A DNA stretch of 62,988 bases, counting the filler, from Phoronis australis (Eukaryota > Animalia > Phoronida): NCBI GenBank assembly GCA_002633005.1. It is 5 parts of 5 records of this genome, joined end to end, with 100 filler letters (N's around TTAATTAATTAA, not from the genome) between each part and the next. Parts side by side here need not be neighbours in the genome. Positions count along the whole stretch, not along the records: positions 7,102 to 33,544 come from NMRA01000898.1; 4 more parts are not named here. One strand, given 5' to 3'. Each line of letters opens with the position of its first letter. The first letter of the stretch is position 1. Shown here piece by piece: positions 14,263 to 27,140 of this stretch. The notes beneath the pieces are model-generated. The model saw nothing but the letters and a program-made list of their open reading frames with translations, made no database searches and had not been told where the DNA came from. Both the position numbers and the translations under genes were made by a program.

Positions 14263-15216
14263 TTATTGATTTGGTGAAAATAAAGAACGTTTTTATACTG
14301 TTTCATTTCTGATCGAAGAATTTAAATTGATTTTGGCTGAGGTACATGTATGAATACTTTTGAAAAAATCTCATCACGTAACACTGTCAATTAATCGTGT
14401 GCAAGGATAAAAATTTATCAAGGAATTTTGTTAAACGCGTTGAATATAGCAAATTATTGAAATTTCCACTTACCATTTCGACACTTTCCAACGCCAGTCA
14501 CACAATTAAACCGTGTAGACCAGGTCCTCCTAATTATGCAGCCTTTAAAGTACTCAACCAAGTGCTCCTGTTCTATTAGACACCTAGAAGAAGTTGATAC
14601 CGAAGTAGGTGTTAGTGTCATATTAAGACCTGACTCAAAGGCGAAAAGACGCTTTCACATTCCTCACACTACAAAACAGTTCGGATTTATTCGTTCCACT
14701 GGGCTACTCATTATTCCTCCGGTACTGCTTACGATGTAAAGTCCTTTTTAACTTCTGAAAAGATCCAGAGCAGAAAGTAGGTTATAGTGCATTTGATCCC
14801 ACGCGCAATACAGAGCTGCGGTTGGTGGCCGCACGACACTCCCGATAAAGCAATATCTTGTCAGTTTTCTCGTGATATCGCCATGCAAACGGAGCGCGTG
14901 ATATCATTAGCCTTATTTAGGAGTGTCTTGTCTTTATGGAAGGCACCAGGGCCATGAAATTTTTACTAATAAGGTCCCATTGCATTAGCTAATGCACAGA
15001 TGCACATTTGACTTGTGTTTTCATTGACTCCATGCATGTAGGTTTGCTATCGTTTACTTCGTACAAGGCCAGCCAATAACAAAGTGTATCATTTTGACAA
15101 ATTCGGCCACCGTCTTAAACGTTTAACGAGTTTTATACCACAGTTTTAGCCTACAACCTAGCAGTTACAACCGTGTAATGACCCATAAAGTTATCTCACT
15201 AGTGAGATAACATTTT

Positions 15217-15290
15217 GGCGGGAAACCACGGATTCGAACCCGGATCTCAAGAGTTTCGAGTCGCCGACTTTACCACTATACCACCCAACG
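15217..15290 (-). mobile_element. tRNA-derived SINE head or tRNA pseudogene
   Basis: The minus strand carries a Pol III A box (tggtatagtggt) and B box (ggttcgaatcc) at tRNA spacing. No convincing acceptor or anticodon stems. Confidence 0.6.
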
Positions 15291-15325
15291 GCTGACGTTA
15301 TCGCTCATGAAACTAGATTACTTAA

Positions 15326-17372
15326 AGTCCTGGTCTCAAACTGCCCATGTGGTTCCAGTATCCGAAAATACTTACTACATAAAATCTTATTTTAGACACC
15401 CTTTCTTTATATTTTTTCGCCCTTCTTGTCAAAAGCGATTTTTTAACAGTAGTTGACCCTTCTCTGTGAGCGTATAATTATCGGTTATTTCCGTACCCAC
15501 ATTTCAGACTCATCAGTTCAGGAACTTGTCCTGAACGCCGCCATTTTTTCCTTGTAACTGAATGCGCTATCGCTTGCTCGAAAATTCTTCATTATTTTGT
15601 TTTATTAGTAATATCTCGTGATTCGTTTGTGTGTGTAGTGTATCTATAGTTTGTAGTTAGTGGTCGTTAAATTTTTTGGAATGTTACGCGTACTTATTAT
15701 GTTAAAAGAGCATTGGTGTTTAGTTCCTTACGTAGGGCGGTCGAACCTTGGAACCAATGTGAGTCGACACAATTTTTTTTCGTTTTGATTTTTTTTCTCA
15801 TTTTGAAAAAGTACTTTGCTATCAAAGGGAAGGTACTGCATTTTACTCAGTAAAAATCGAAAAAGTATCAAAGTCGGGGCAAGCAGTGTAAAGTTATTGC
15901 AATTTTTGAGTCGAAATTTGGGTCACTTTGTTTGGATCGCGTCGGCCATATTGGAGGAGGGCAGTATAAGTTACGAGTTAAAAACTTTGTGTAAATTGTT
16001 TTCGCCAACAATTTACGGTCAAATTTACTGACACACATCTCTACTTACTCTTCTGCACGATTCAACAATGTTCACCAAATTTCAGCCTCGCAGTTGTTAC
16101 TCATTAAGTGATAAATGTGCTCATAATTCCCGTTGGACTTATTTCTGGCGGCACCGACAACATGGCGACTTTTGCTGAACTGGAAGGCATTGTTCAACAT
16201 GTTACTTTGTAATTTGTGAAGATTTAACATTGATACATTTTGACAAACGTTGCTACAAAAAGGAACTTTGTTCAATTTTCATGTTTTTTGTGCAAAAATA
16301 TAACATAGTTCGAATTATTTTACTGTGAATTTCCCATTCAGGGGACCTTACACTAAGCTAAAAAAATAATTTTGAAATGGTTTTTTGTTTGATTATCAAC
16401 TGCTGTTCAAGGCTTGATTAGGTGTCACAAAATGATTCATATTTTTCTAAATTTCAAGTCTCAGTTGCTTTCAAGTCATGTTTTGTAACTTATTGCTTCT
16501 TAATTCAGGTTATCAAATCAACAATATGAATAATCTTAATTTGAGAAATGAGCTGTTGGATTGCGAAGCTTCAAGCCTCCAATTCTTGTTCCTAGCAACT
16601 TCGTATTTTTTTAATCATGCTTATCAAATTATGGTGTAAGGAAACACTATCCGGTCACCATGGTAATAGTTACATGTATGTCCACTTTCATATCGTGGAA
16701 ACTTTTGCTGTTGAATAGTGTTTGTAATGCTAAAAGTTGTAAAGTATTGTGCATTTCAAATTACTTATTATGTTAAAAGGTTGAATCATTTTGGCTTAAT
16801 GAATAAAAAATGATAACATTTTGTATTGGTCTTATCATACTTATGTGCTCGAACGAGCCCCCTATTTTGAGAAATGGAAAAAGGTCTGCCTCAGTCATGC
16901 AGAGAAGCACGAACTCCGAAAAACTGTAGAAAACGAGACGATATTCCACTAGAAGACAGGAAGTATCAAAATTTAGCGTCTGCAATTTATTACTTTGAAC
17001 ATACCTAGTGAATCTTATAGTAAAAGATAGACATTCCCAAAAATTCCAGCCCCCCCCCCCCAATTTTTTAAGTTTGGTGCGCTCATACAAAGTCTGGGAA
17101 AATCTCTCTTGAAAGCCAACAACTTTGCCCAGTTCGCCAGAAGTACCCAAGTTCTAAATAAACCTCGTTTGAGCGAGCGCTGTGGCCAGCGACCGGGTAG
17201 GCCTAAGGGTAGCCTTGGCCCAAAGCTGTATGGGCCTACTAACAAGCTAGCTGTATTTTGACGGTAGTCTCCATACTGGTAGCTGGCACTGAGGCCAGCT
17301 AAGGGCTGCCGCGGCAGTGGTGACACAGGATTAACCAGCCCGTAATTTTGTGCAAGTGTCTGAAACTGCCTT
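15326..17372 (+). mobile_element. About 2-kb non-autonomous DNA element, TTAA-flanked (Kolobok-like)
   Basis: Starts ttaa|agtcctggtctcaaactgcccatgtggttccagtatccg and ends ...gtctgaaactgcct|ttaa. Highly similar to 33000-33544 (same strand) and 33740-34897 (inverted). TIR similarity is weak. Confidence 0.7.
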
Positions 17373-18331
17373 TAAATATATACATGTACGGCATTGATGA
17401 TTTGAACATTTTACTTCGACAAAACGGTTTGCAACCGCATGCCTTTACCGTTCGCCAGTGTTTGTCTCGATCCGCACAGGGTCCAATAGGCTGCAAAATA
17501 ATTTCTGTCAAAATTTATTCACCACATTTCTTCAGCAAATTAGATAAATTGTCCGCATTTTGATTTTATTAAAATTAAGGCGCGCTGTCCATTATTTTAT
17601 CCGCGTTTGCAGGCTATCTTTCATTCACACTGACGGCGTTTTCTTAGCCTGGGTTCCTGAATGAATTGTACTTCCGGGTTCGCGGCAAGTTCAAAATGGC
17701 GGTGATTCTTCGGGTGCGAATCGTGAGTGGCGCGTTCATTTAAACTTTTTTCGAGTACGGATCGTGTATTAGTTATGGGGTAGGTACTTCTTGGATCCTT
17801 ATAATCATGTACTAAGGGTTAATGACGTGTGAGACCAGGATTTTAAATGAGCACGCGCAACAATCGCATGTTCAGCAAAGGGCATTTCATCGACATTTAT
17901 ACGCTATGAAAAATAAGACGCATAATTTCCATAGAAACGACGTTTTATTTCAGTGAAATTTTTCTCTCGTGTTCTCTCACTTGTAAATCACCGATCTCCA
18001 ATTTGAATGCGGGTATCGTGTCGTCGGGATCCTTTGACTTGAGCATAAAAGTCAGTTACTAGTGGTAACCTACTTTAGCACACGATATATTCCCGGTCGA
18101 AGCTTAGCGTGATAAAATGTGTAGTAAGCTATAATAGTTGCAAAACCTTAATTGATAGATTCACTTCCTTTCTATTTTGTTTAAATTTTCAATTGGTTTT
18201 GAGTATAAGCATTATTTGACAAAAATAGCTCGCTTTTCTTAAAAGGTCACGACCTCCGACCCCGGGCCTCTGACATAGAAAGTAGTAACAAAGCCGATGC
18301 GAGTCGAGAACTCGTTCAGTATGTAGAATAA

Positions 18332-18500
18332 ATAGATTATTACATGTTCTCAGTCGTTATCCCACTTATCTAGAACCCTCGTGGATTTTGGAGAATTATC
18401 ACCCTTGGCGCTAGTTAAAGCCCCTCGGGCGAATAATTCTCCAAAATCCACTCGGGCTCTAGATAACGGGGGATAACGACTTCGCCATGTAATAATCTAT
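18332..18500. mobile_element. Palindromic MITE (about 169 bp hairpin)
   Basis: atagattattacatg...gtcgttatccc...gtggattttggagaattat pairs with ataattctccaaaatccac...gggataacgac...catgtaataatctat over nearly the whole length. Confidence 0.85.
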
Positions 18501-20349
18501 AAATACGTGGTGATTCTCCTCACATGAGGGCAGTGCTTCCAATTGACCTATAGCCAGGATTATGACTGACGACTTAACTGACCAATCAGAACACAGCATT
18601 CTTGACACACCTTCGTCTGCGTTTCCAAGCCGCTATTTTACCCGACAAACAACACGTTGTGGTGTACTTATTTCAGACTAGCTCCAGAATAATATACCGT
18701 CATTTTTGGGCATATCCTACGCCGAAAAGTGATGTCGAAATGTGTATTAAGCTGTGTATCAAATTGTGTGAACGCCCACACGAGCAACTGAACTTGGCAA
18801 TGTTGCTTGATTACTCGAAGGTTAAACACAAATACATTTGTTCCAAGATACGCACTTTTCTGTTTGGTGACTAACGTGAAGGTCTATCTGATATTGACTC
18901 CAGAGTTTCACTCGTCTGGCCGCCTTTGTCTCGGTATCTACACTGTTCTGCTGGATCAGTCTCAGCAATAGTCTAGCGGTAGTCCCCGGAATTGTTGTTT
19001 TAAAGGACACTTTATTTGGACTTAATGGACATCGTTCTGTTTCGTAGCACAGTCATATTTTTGTAATTCATGTACCCGTAGGATGGTGTTCAACTGAACC
19101 TCTCCCCAAAATTGAGCGGTTCGATCGGCACAGGGAGGGGGCTGGATTATTGAACTCAAAGCCTTTTTCGAGCCATTGTCATGAAAAAAGTAAACACTTG
19201 AATTACTTATTGATGAGAATCTCTAGTATACACTTCGCCTGTAGAGTTAGCGAGAGCTCATTTGTAAGCTGTTCAACATGATATGTAGATTTATGAAGCT
19301 ATAAAAAAGAATTTGAGTGATTTTTGTAAGTAGCCATTTTTGTCACTACACCATCTTTTGTAACCATTCCACTGCTTAGTGATCATGCGACGTATAAAAT
19401 TAACTGAAAGCTACTTTGTGCAATGAAACTACAAAAAATGCGAAGTTCATCAGAAGATAGGCCTACCTTATATGTCTTAGTTTTGATAGTGCAAATTTCT
19501 GCCAATTCCGTGCATTAAATTGATTTGGACAAAGCCCCGGACCTTCCAGAGCTAACTGCTTGCCTTGGACAAGATGACTGCATACTCGAGCTACGAACCT
19601 GAGTTTTTTAATCAAAATATTTCGTTCGAAGATTTGAAAAGTTTAAACAGTGCTATCGACTTGACCTACTTTACTCGGGGAGTCCCACTAGTTGTGACCT
19701 ACTTTTCAGGTGGCAAAATTTAGCAGACGACAGAATAAAAATATCGATAAATCTTCACTGATTTTGTTCAAAAGATCCTGAAGTCTGTTGTATCGTTCAG
19801 ATAATTCGACTTTAAGGTACATACCCAGCTTTATCTAAACATATCGCACCAGTGCCCTTGTCGTTAGTCAGGTGAAGGTGAGCCCCGTGTGGGGTTCTTC
19901 GAATTTTCACTGGCTTCGAAAAACTTTTCCTCAAACACTTATTTTTTCATCGTCACCTTTACAAATCCCCACATCGTAAACGTTTGATTTTCTGGTTAAA
20001 AGTATCGCCTGTTGTCTTCGTCAAAGCGTTTTGGAATATTGCAAAAACACTCATCGATTACACCAGCAACGACGTTTAGCTGCAAAGTATTTGCCGTTGA
20101 CATCTTGTTAGTTTGTCGGGTGTCACGTGACTTTTTGCAAACAGACGGAGCTTGTGATAGGTTCATTCAGATACAGGTGGGAGCTCACGTAGGCGGCCGT
20201 GGACAGTAGCAATACGGCATCAACTCAGAATTGTTTCAATTAAGGTAAAAAATAGTTCCCTTGGCCTTGCTGCCTGTTAGTACAGTAGTTCACTGACTTA
20301 AATAATCGAGCAAAGTTGATCAACCGTTCTCAAGATTCGATTGGCCACT

Positions 20350-23260
20350 GGAAAACGAACGACTCACGACAACAGTTTTGCTGTAACTGTTGAAACCCAT
20401 GTTACCAATATGTTTGTGCTTGCTCTGGACGCGGAGTCTGCCAGTACCTCAGCTGTCAAACTGAAATCCATAAACTCATTCAGAGTTACACTCAGATACT
20501 TAAAAAATTCTCATAAATTCACATTGCGATAGCACAAAATGTATTCAAAACTCTTTCTTACATGTCCCCTCTTGCGAAAATGAACCACATAAATCTTGGA
20601 AAATTTTACAGACATTTGCGACCTTGCACACCAATTACTCAATACGTTCAGTAAATCCTGTAAATAGGTTTCATTACCAGAAAAAATCAAGTGTCATCTG
20701 CATACAAGAGACAAGATAAATTACATCCATCAAAGTTGATACCTTTGCTACAACCGTTCAAATCATTAATCAAATTATTTATGAAAACAATGTAGGCGAC
20801 AATGGATCTCCTTGCCTGACCCCTCTTTGTACTGGAAACCATTTGGTATAACTTGACTGACCTAATTGTACACAGGCTTCTGTCTGCGCATACAACGATT
20901 TTACTGAGTGGTAGAATTTTCCAACCACTCCTAAATAAATTAATCTTTTCACGAAAAAGTTTCTATCTAAATTGTCAAAAGCCCGTTCCATATCGACGAA
21001 TATCTCAAACGTTGGTCTATTACAAGCTATTCTATTTCTAACAATAAACGTGAGTGTAAACACGTGATCAAGACAAGACATCCCGTGTCGAAAACTCTTT
21101 TGTTCTTCATTCAGACTGTGTTCCACATTCAGAAACTCAGTTAATCTCCTGTCTAGTAAATTACAATACACTTTACTCACGTTGGAGAGCAGACGTATGC
21201 CTCTACATTTGGACTGTATATTATTCAAATCTCTATCTGACTCTTTCGGTATACTGGGGTGGCATAGACGGATTTAGGGGGACCAGGCCCCCCCCCTTGG
21301 GTGCCGCAAAAAAAAATAAAACAGCAAGAGCGTAGGGAAATAATGAGCTCATTAATTAACCCCGGTAATTAACATTACGCGGCTGAAACAAGATTTAAAT
21401 GTGTGCAGTTTTAGTGTGTTTGAGGGGGGGGGCTCAGATTAAATTTCAAGGGTCAAATTCGGAACACGGTGTAATCGTAACGGAACTATGGCTAAGTGTA
21501 GGCTCTCCCGCGATATTCTAGGCGACCGGCAGTGGCGCTGCGCACTTTGACTCCGTTTCCGTCGTCTGCTTCACTGTGCAATGAAGAAAATCACTTCACT
21601 TTTTAAAGAAAATGGAATCTGAGTGACGACGAAAAAACAGAAGCTGCTGGTAAGATGTGAATTTTAATCAAAGCCTTAGGGACTCACTCAGAAACTCATA
21701 CTTCTCTCTTTGTCAAATCTTAACTTAAGACGATTTCCAAAGCAATGCGTCATTAATGCCAACACAAAAAACGGGTTTGGTCTTTTGGGCAATTGAAGAC
21801 TATTTTAAATACAACAAAATTGTTACGAACCGATTGCACAAAGTATAAAAGTGTAATAAGCATTACAAAATGAAGTAGGTTTCGCGCGCAAACGCTGTGG
21901 ATCATACACAAGTTAGTCTTTTAGTAACCAATTACGAGTGAATTCGTGGTGGTGCAGAGGTAAATCACGAGCGCTTTAGCCGCCAGGTCGTGAGTTCGAA
22001 TTTGAGGTAATTACAGTTTTTAAAGTTTGACACGTATTTTTTTCCTTTTTTCTTGGATAATACTTCAGGAATTAAGGAAAATGCTTGATTTTTTGAGGAA
22101 TAAACAGAAAAATTTTCCTTCACCTCCCCCCATTTGGTGCTATGCGCATCTACAATCGTGCTGTGCGCAAATGTTGATAGACAAAATGTTGACCCCCCTT
22201 GTGATATCCTAGATCCGCTACTGGGTGATAATCGCTTTATATCATAATGATGGGATAAACCTAGTGTGAATGACCTGTTGAAAGAGCGAGACCAAAATAT
22301 TAACCATCTCTGGAGATCTCAGCACTTCGTATGGGATACCAGTGGCCTTACCCGATTTTAATTTGCGAATAACAGAATAGACTTCAAAAAAACGGAAAAA
22401 ATCCCAGTACTTCTTTTACATGACCCGAAAGTTCAGAATATTGCATTGCTTTCTCCAAATTTTCGCAAACAACTCTCTAAAATTGGCCTCCCATCCTTCT
22501 GATGGAATAGTATTTTCATGTCTCTTCTTGAGTTGAGGTCTTAAGTTCTTGAGTTCCTTCCAAAAAACATTGGGGCCATTTTCACATGATTTTTAGATCA
22601 GTGTTATTTTATTTTTCAAATACTGCCTTTTTAAGAACCTGAATCTTTTGTCAAAGTAATATCTAGAATTCTTGTATTCATACAGTCGCTCCCTTCGTCG
22701 TTTATTATTTTTCTTTGGGAAATAATTTTTCTTTTTGGCCACGTTTTTCCAAAGCTGCTTTAATTCATCATTCCAAAAGGGCTTGTTTGCCTTAAATCTT
22801 TTTCTCAGATTTTTGTTTAACAACTTTGAGTAGGCCTACATCTGATATGCAATTCCATTTCTGTTTTTATAATTTTGCAGAGGGAGTTATCAATCTCATC
22901 GATTTCATACTGTCTTCAACACCCATTTTTAGTATTAAAAGCAACTCTGCAATCGCCCTTTTAAAAATCTCATTATCCATGAATTCAATAGGGATATAAT
23001 TTAACTTAAACCGCTTTCTAAATCGCGTATCAAAGGAGTTATCCGTACCGTGATCCTCTACAGTTTCGTCAATAATATTTACTGGAACGTGTAGCATAAT
23101 TTCTGAAAACAATATACTGTGATCAGGCAGTTTTGACTTTTCCGACAATAGACCCTGTAAATGATGTTTGTCAACTACCTCTGTACAGGCATGGACCTCA
23201 AATTTAAGACAAGACTGAAGCGACCCATGGGTGACAATAAAGTAATCTTCAACCGCTCTT
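20350..23260 (-). mobile_element. Degenerate LINE ORF2 (APE endonuclease C-terminus plus reverse transcriptase; CR1/L2-group-like), split by an insertion
   Basis: Motifs in order on the minus strand: DYFIV...PDHS (end of APE, about 23255-23115), KPFWNDEL, AIITPV, IRLLSNVSKVY, FVDMERAFD, GVRQGDPLSPTLF (20779-21228), LYADDT (about 20692-20708), FKYLSV (about 20490). Contains frameshifts and stops. Confidence 0.92.
21263..22223. mobile_element. About 960-bp TIR element (hAT-like MITE) nested in the LINE RT
   Basis: Termini catagacggatttagg ... cctagatccgctactg. Flanks ggtgg/ggtga give a 5-bp TSD with 1 mismatch. Removing it restores the LINE reading KAIITPV. Confidence 0.75.
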
Positions 23261-24154
23261 CAATGGTTGTTAGTTTGCCCATAGTTCACCGGCTAACTCA
23301 GAAATTGGTAATATCCTACCGAGGATACGCATACTCCGACGTCTGAGCTAGGTGACCAGTTTGCCAACCCAAGTGCCAAATGCAAAGGTGACTCAACTGA
23401 CGGTTCCTAACAGACCGCTGCTGTTCTGCTGCTGGTCAGTTTGATGACCTGTCGTTGAAAAGTTTCCGACTGGTCAAATAAACGATCGTGAAATGTTTGC
23501 GTAGAAGTTGCCGTGGTTACAATGCTCCTATTACAGGTGCACCACGAATGATTCTTAAAAACCAAGCATTTGTAGTTTGCACAAAGAATTGGAACAGAGT
23601 GCAACTTCTTTACCATGAGATAGAGCCTGTGAACTTGCTCTACTTGTTCGTCTCATCAAGAAAACAAATCTTTGGGAAGTTCAACTGCTCCAGACCTTCT
23701 GGACCACAACGATGCGCGTTCTGTTATCCTTTATTACCACCAACAACAGACAGCGGGACAGCAAATAAAATGGAGATCACTGAAACAGGCTGTATGCATC
23801 TTTTGGTGTTCAATACAACATGCACTCTACCGTACGATGTACCGATGTTGAGTCTTGCCTAACTAAGGAACGTCGTTTGACTAAGCAACAGACGTGTCTT
23901 GATTATCTACCACTACTTAACTATCTTACCCTCTTGAATTCCCATTCATGATTCTTATACGCCTGGGCTCACGCTGATTTTCACCTCTCACGTGTGGTGC
24001 TAATGCGAACATCGCAATGAAGCAGGAGATGGCAAAAGACCACATCATATTGTCACTGTGACTGACGGCGAATTTCTCCAGTCTTACGTTTTATGCTAAG
24101 GTCTTTTATACAAAGTACAGTGAGTGTCCGACCTGTTATACCCTTGCCAGTGTA

Positions 24155-24400
24155 CGCTCGTAATCACGACCAAGATTTCGCTCGTGTTTTACGACCGAAA
24201 TGATCCGCTCGTAATTACGACAGTGACTTCGCTCGTGTTTTGCGAGCTCAATCATTCACGCGAGATTACGAGCGTAATTACGACCGAGACTTCGCTCGTG
24301 TTTTACTACCGACATAGCTATATCCAATTGGTTTGAAGGTCATGTGAACTCCAACGAAGTTTTACGGTCGTATTTTTCGCTCGTAATTTTAGCAAATGGT
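24155..24400. repeat. Cluster of short direct and inverted cgctcgtaattacgac repeats (MITE-like)
   Basis: Multiple copies of (t)cgctcgt(aattacga/gttttacga) and of its inverse attacgagcg. Confidence 0.55.
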
Positions 24401-25804
24401 CTTTATATTTAATGTGGAATGGAACGCGAAAACTCGTGACAAATACGTTTTAAACGTTCCCTAACGAAATTAACTTCTTTCAACCTCTACTACAGAGTAA
24501 TACACTTACCCCTGTCGAGGGAATGTCCAGAAAAATCACACAACTCACGGTTTTTGAAAGAAGTACGAAGAAAATTTTTTGTGGCAACCGCATGTTCTCT
24601 ATCTCCTTCCTACTTATGATAAATGCGCACGTGCGCACAGTCATTCGACAAACAGCTGAGTTAATGCCAAGATATAGGACAGTGGTGTGGAGTGAATATC
24701 TTGCCATCCAATGTGTTTGACACCTCGTGACGTGATGGAGTTAAAGATTGTGTTCTGTTATGTTGCTTAATAAATAGGCTTACTCGATAACGTCTGTCTT
24801 GGACCTGTCGCTATCACTATCAGTCGTTGTTCTCTGGTCGCTTCTTCGTGTTTTTAAGCGATTAACATGGCTGGACAAATCTGTGTTACATTTTAAGCCT
24901 GCCTCTACGATACTTCATGATTGGACCATTACTTGAGATTTGATCATTCAGCTGATCTGTACTGGACTAATATTCATTTACACAATCAGCCGATTTCATA
25001 AAGGTGGTTTAAAGTTAAACCTGGATTAAACTGAACTTAGACCAGGTTTAAAATTAATCTGCATTTCATAAAGGAGGTTTAACTTTTAGACCAGTGGTTT
25101 AGTAAAACCTGATGTTCCTCCATTTCACAAACAAGATATCAGGCCCGTAGGAAGGAAAAAATTATTGGGGGGAGGGGGGTACAAACCAATTCTACTTCGC
25201 CAACCTACCCCTTGCTCCTTGCTATCGTCACGCACACTCNCCCCCCCCCCCCCCCCCCCCGTTGTCTGGATGTCATCATATTTGTACCGAACCCCACCCT
25301 CCCACGTCTGCCATAGGTGGGGGTAATTCCGGGGATGCAGCCATCAGGATTTGAGTAACCGTGAACCAACAAGCCAACAAAGATTCACGGAGAGTAAGAT
25401 TGCGTCTAGGCCCCGAGCTCACTCATGACTGACGGGTAGATGGAAGCTGCCTGAAGTAACTATAGCTGGGTCGAAGGTCAAGGTTTCTTTTATTATGATC
25501 CATTTTCGGGAAAACTTCATTTTATTATGGAGGTTCTTTGGAGTTAATTTTTGGAAAGGTTAGGTCCCGAGGTGCCTGGTGTGAGTGCCTTTGTGGCCGT
25601 TTCAGAACCCTGTGATGAAACACAGTAGACAGTCCAGTTTCTGGTTGCTGGGGAAAATGAGACAGAGTGTGTCCCAAAAATGTACACACTTCAACGTCTA
25701 GGGTTCAAATTCAATTCCCGTGGGTAACTGAGATTCTAAGCAGGCCTACTGCCTAGTTACACCTTATTTTTAACGTGGGTGTGCCTGTCATGACGTCCAC
25801 CGTG

Positions 25805-26032
25805 CATGCGCGCACCTGGGGGGGGGCTCGATGGGCAAAGTGGGCAAAAATGTACGCCTCAGAGAAACAAAAAATACGAAAAAACGAAACATAAGTCCAC
25901 TAAAAAGGCAGGATACGGCGTATGCACAATTCATAAACCTGAACGAACCCCGTATTCGTTTTTTTCTTTAGTAAAAGGTCCACATCCTCAAAAATTCGAG
26001 CCCCCCTTAATTATAGGCTGGGTGCGCGCATT
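25805..26032 (+). mobile_element. Short TIR MITE (catgcgcgcacc family), copy 1
   Basis: Termini catgcgcgcacc ... gggtgcgcgcatt, flanks ccgtg/ccctg. Inverted homolog at 59142-59420. Confidence 0.7.
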
Positions 26033-26981
26033 CCCTGTGTGTAGTATGCACGGGAAATGCAAGCAAATGATTCAGTTTTGAAGAACAAAAAATCATTAGT
26101 ACTTGAAACCAAAAACACCGAGGACGTTCAAAGACAACCTTTCCAAGATTATGACCAATACATGTATGTTTGATTTTATTCATTTAAGTACCTAAACTTC
26201 CTTTTTGATCTACGGTTTGTAAACTTAAACCCAGTAATCTAGTTCCTAAGGCAATAAACAATTTATTGTGATAACATTTTTAAGACATATTGTTGAGCTC
26301 TCCGAAATTCATCAATTTCCTTGAGACTTATTTCAGATAGACAGAAATCGTTTAGTGTACTTTTATATTTGGGGATCTGATAATAGGTCGAAGTTTTCCA
26401 ATGGCTCGTCTGCAATTAAATGCATTGTATGCACTGTATTGTCATTTCTTACAAGATTAGCTACTAACTGTCACAAAAATTATCTTCCAATTAGTCCACT
26501 TTCGTAGATACATAAACATGAAAATCAGAAACCAACAATCAAATCCATGAGCAATGCGTGCTGTGGTGCGCATTTACGATGCAGTTTTAGAGCGAAAACA
26601 GACTATTTTCTATATTCAGTTTTAGGACGACACAAGATCAAACGTAAGAGGGGGGACCAAGATGTTTTAAAGGGGGGAGGGGTCGGATCAAGGATTTTTA
26701 AAAGGAAGGCCTGAGTAAACAATTCGAAAATTATAGATTTGATATCACTAAAATCAAGGAAAAGGGGCGTCCAGACCTCTTGAACCCTTGGTTGCGCCTA
26801 TAGGTAGACCAGTACGTACTGAAGGGTGTCCTTCGTATTTTCTCAGAATATGACGGTTCGAACAGAGCGTCATCCTCGCAAGCGCTAGGCGTATGACTCA
26901 AACAGGCATCTAATGATTATTCTGGCCGAATTTTATATCAATTGGTCCCCGATATAAGGTTGTCAGACAGGGGTCCTGCCC

Positions 26982-27140
26982 CAGTGGCGGATTTAGAGGG
27001 GGTCCAAGGAGGCCATGCCCCTTCCCCTAAAATTCTCCCAGCTTTCATTTGGCAGTTCGGGATGCGAATGTCTGGCGGGAAAAATCCTGACTAACACTTT
27101 GCCCTGGCCCACCTAAATCAAAATCCTGTATCCTTCCCTG
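26982..27140 (-). mobile_element. About 160-bp MITE (cagtggcgga...tcc.ccctg family) with 5-bp TSD
   Basis: Perfect TSD tgccc on both sides. Homologs at 42333-42463 and 47254-47407. Confidence 0.8.

Noticed and set aside
15217-15290. Functional tRNA gene
   Set aside because: A and B boxes are present, but the acceptor and anticodon stems do not pair.
17670-17705. ETS/YY1-like promoter motifs (cttccgg, aaaatggcgg)
   Set aside because: Such motifs recur inside transposons throughout the window, and no associated gene is evident.
19400-20340. Coding-like sequence flanking the LINE (also 23270-23860)
   Set aside because: Stops in all frames and no recognisable motif.
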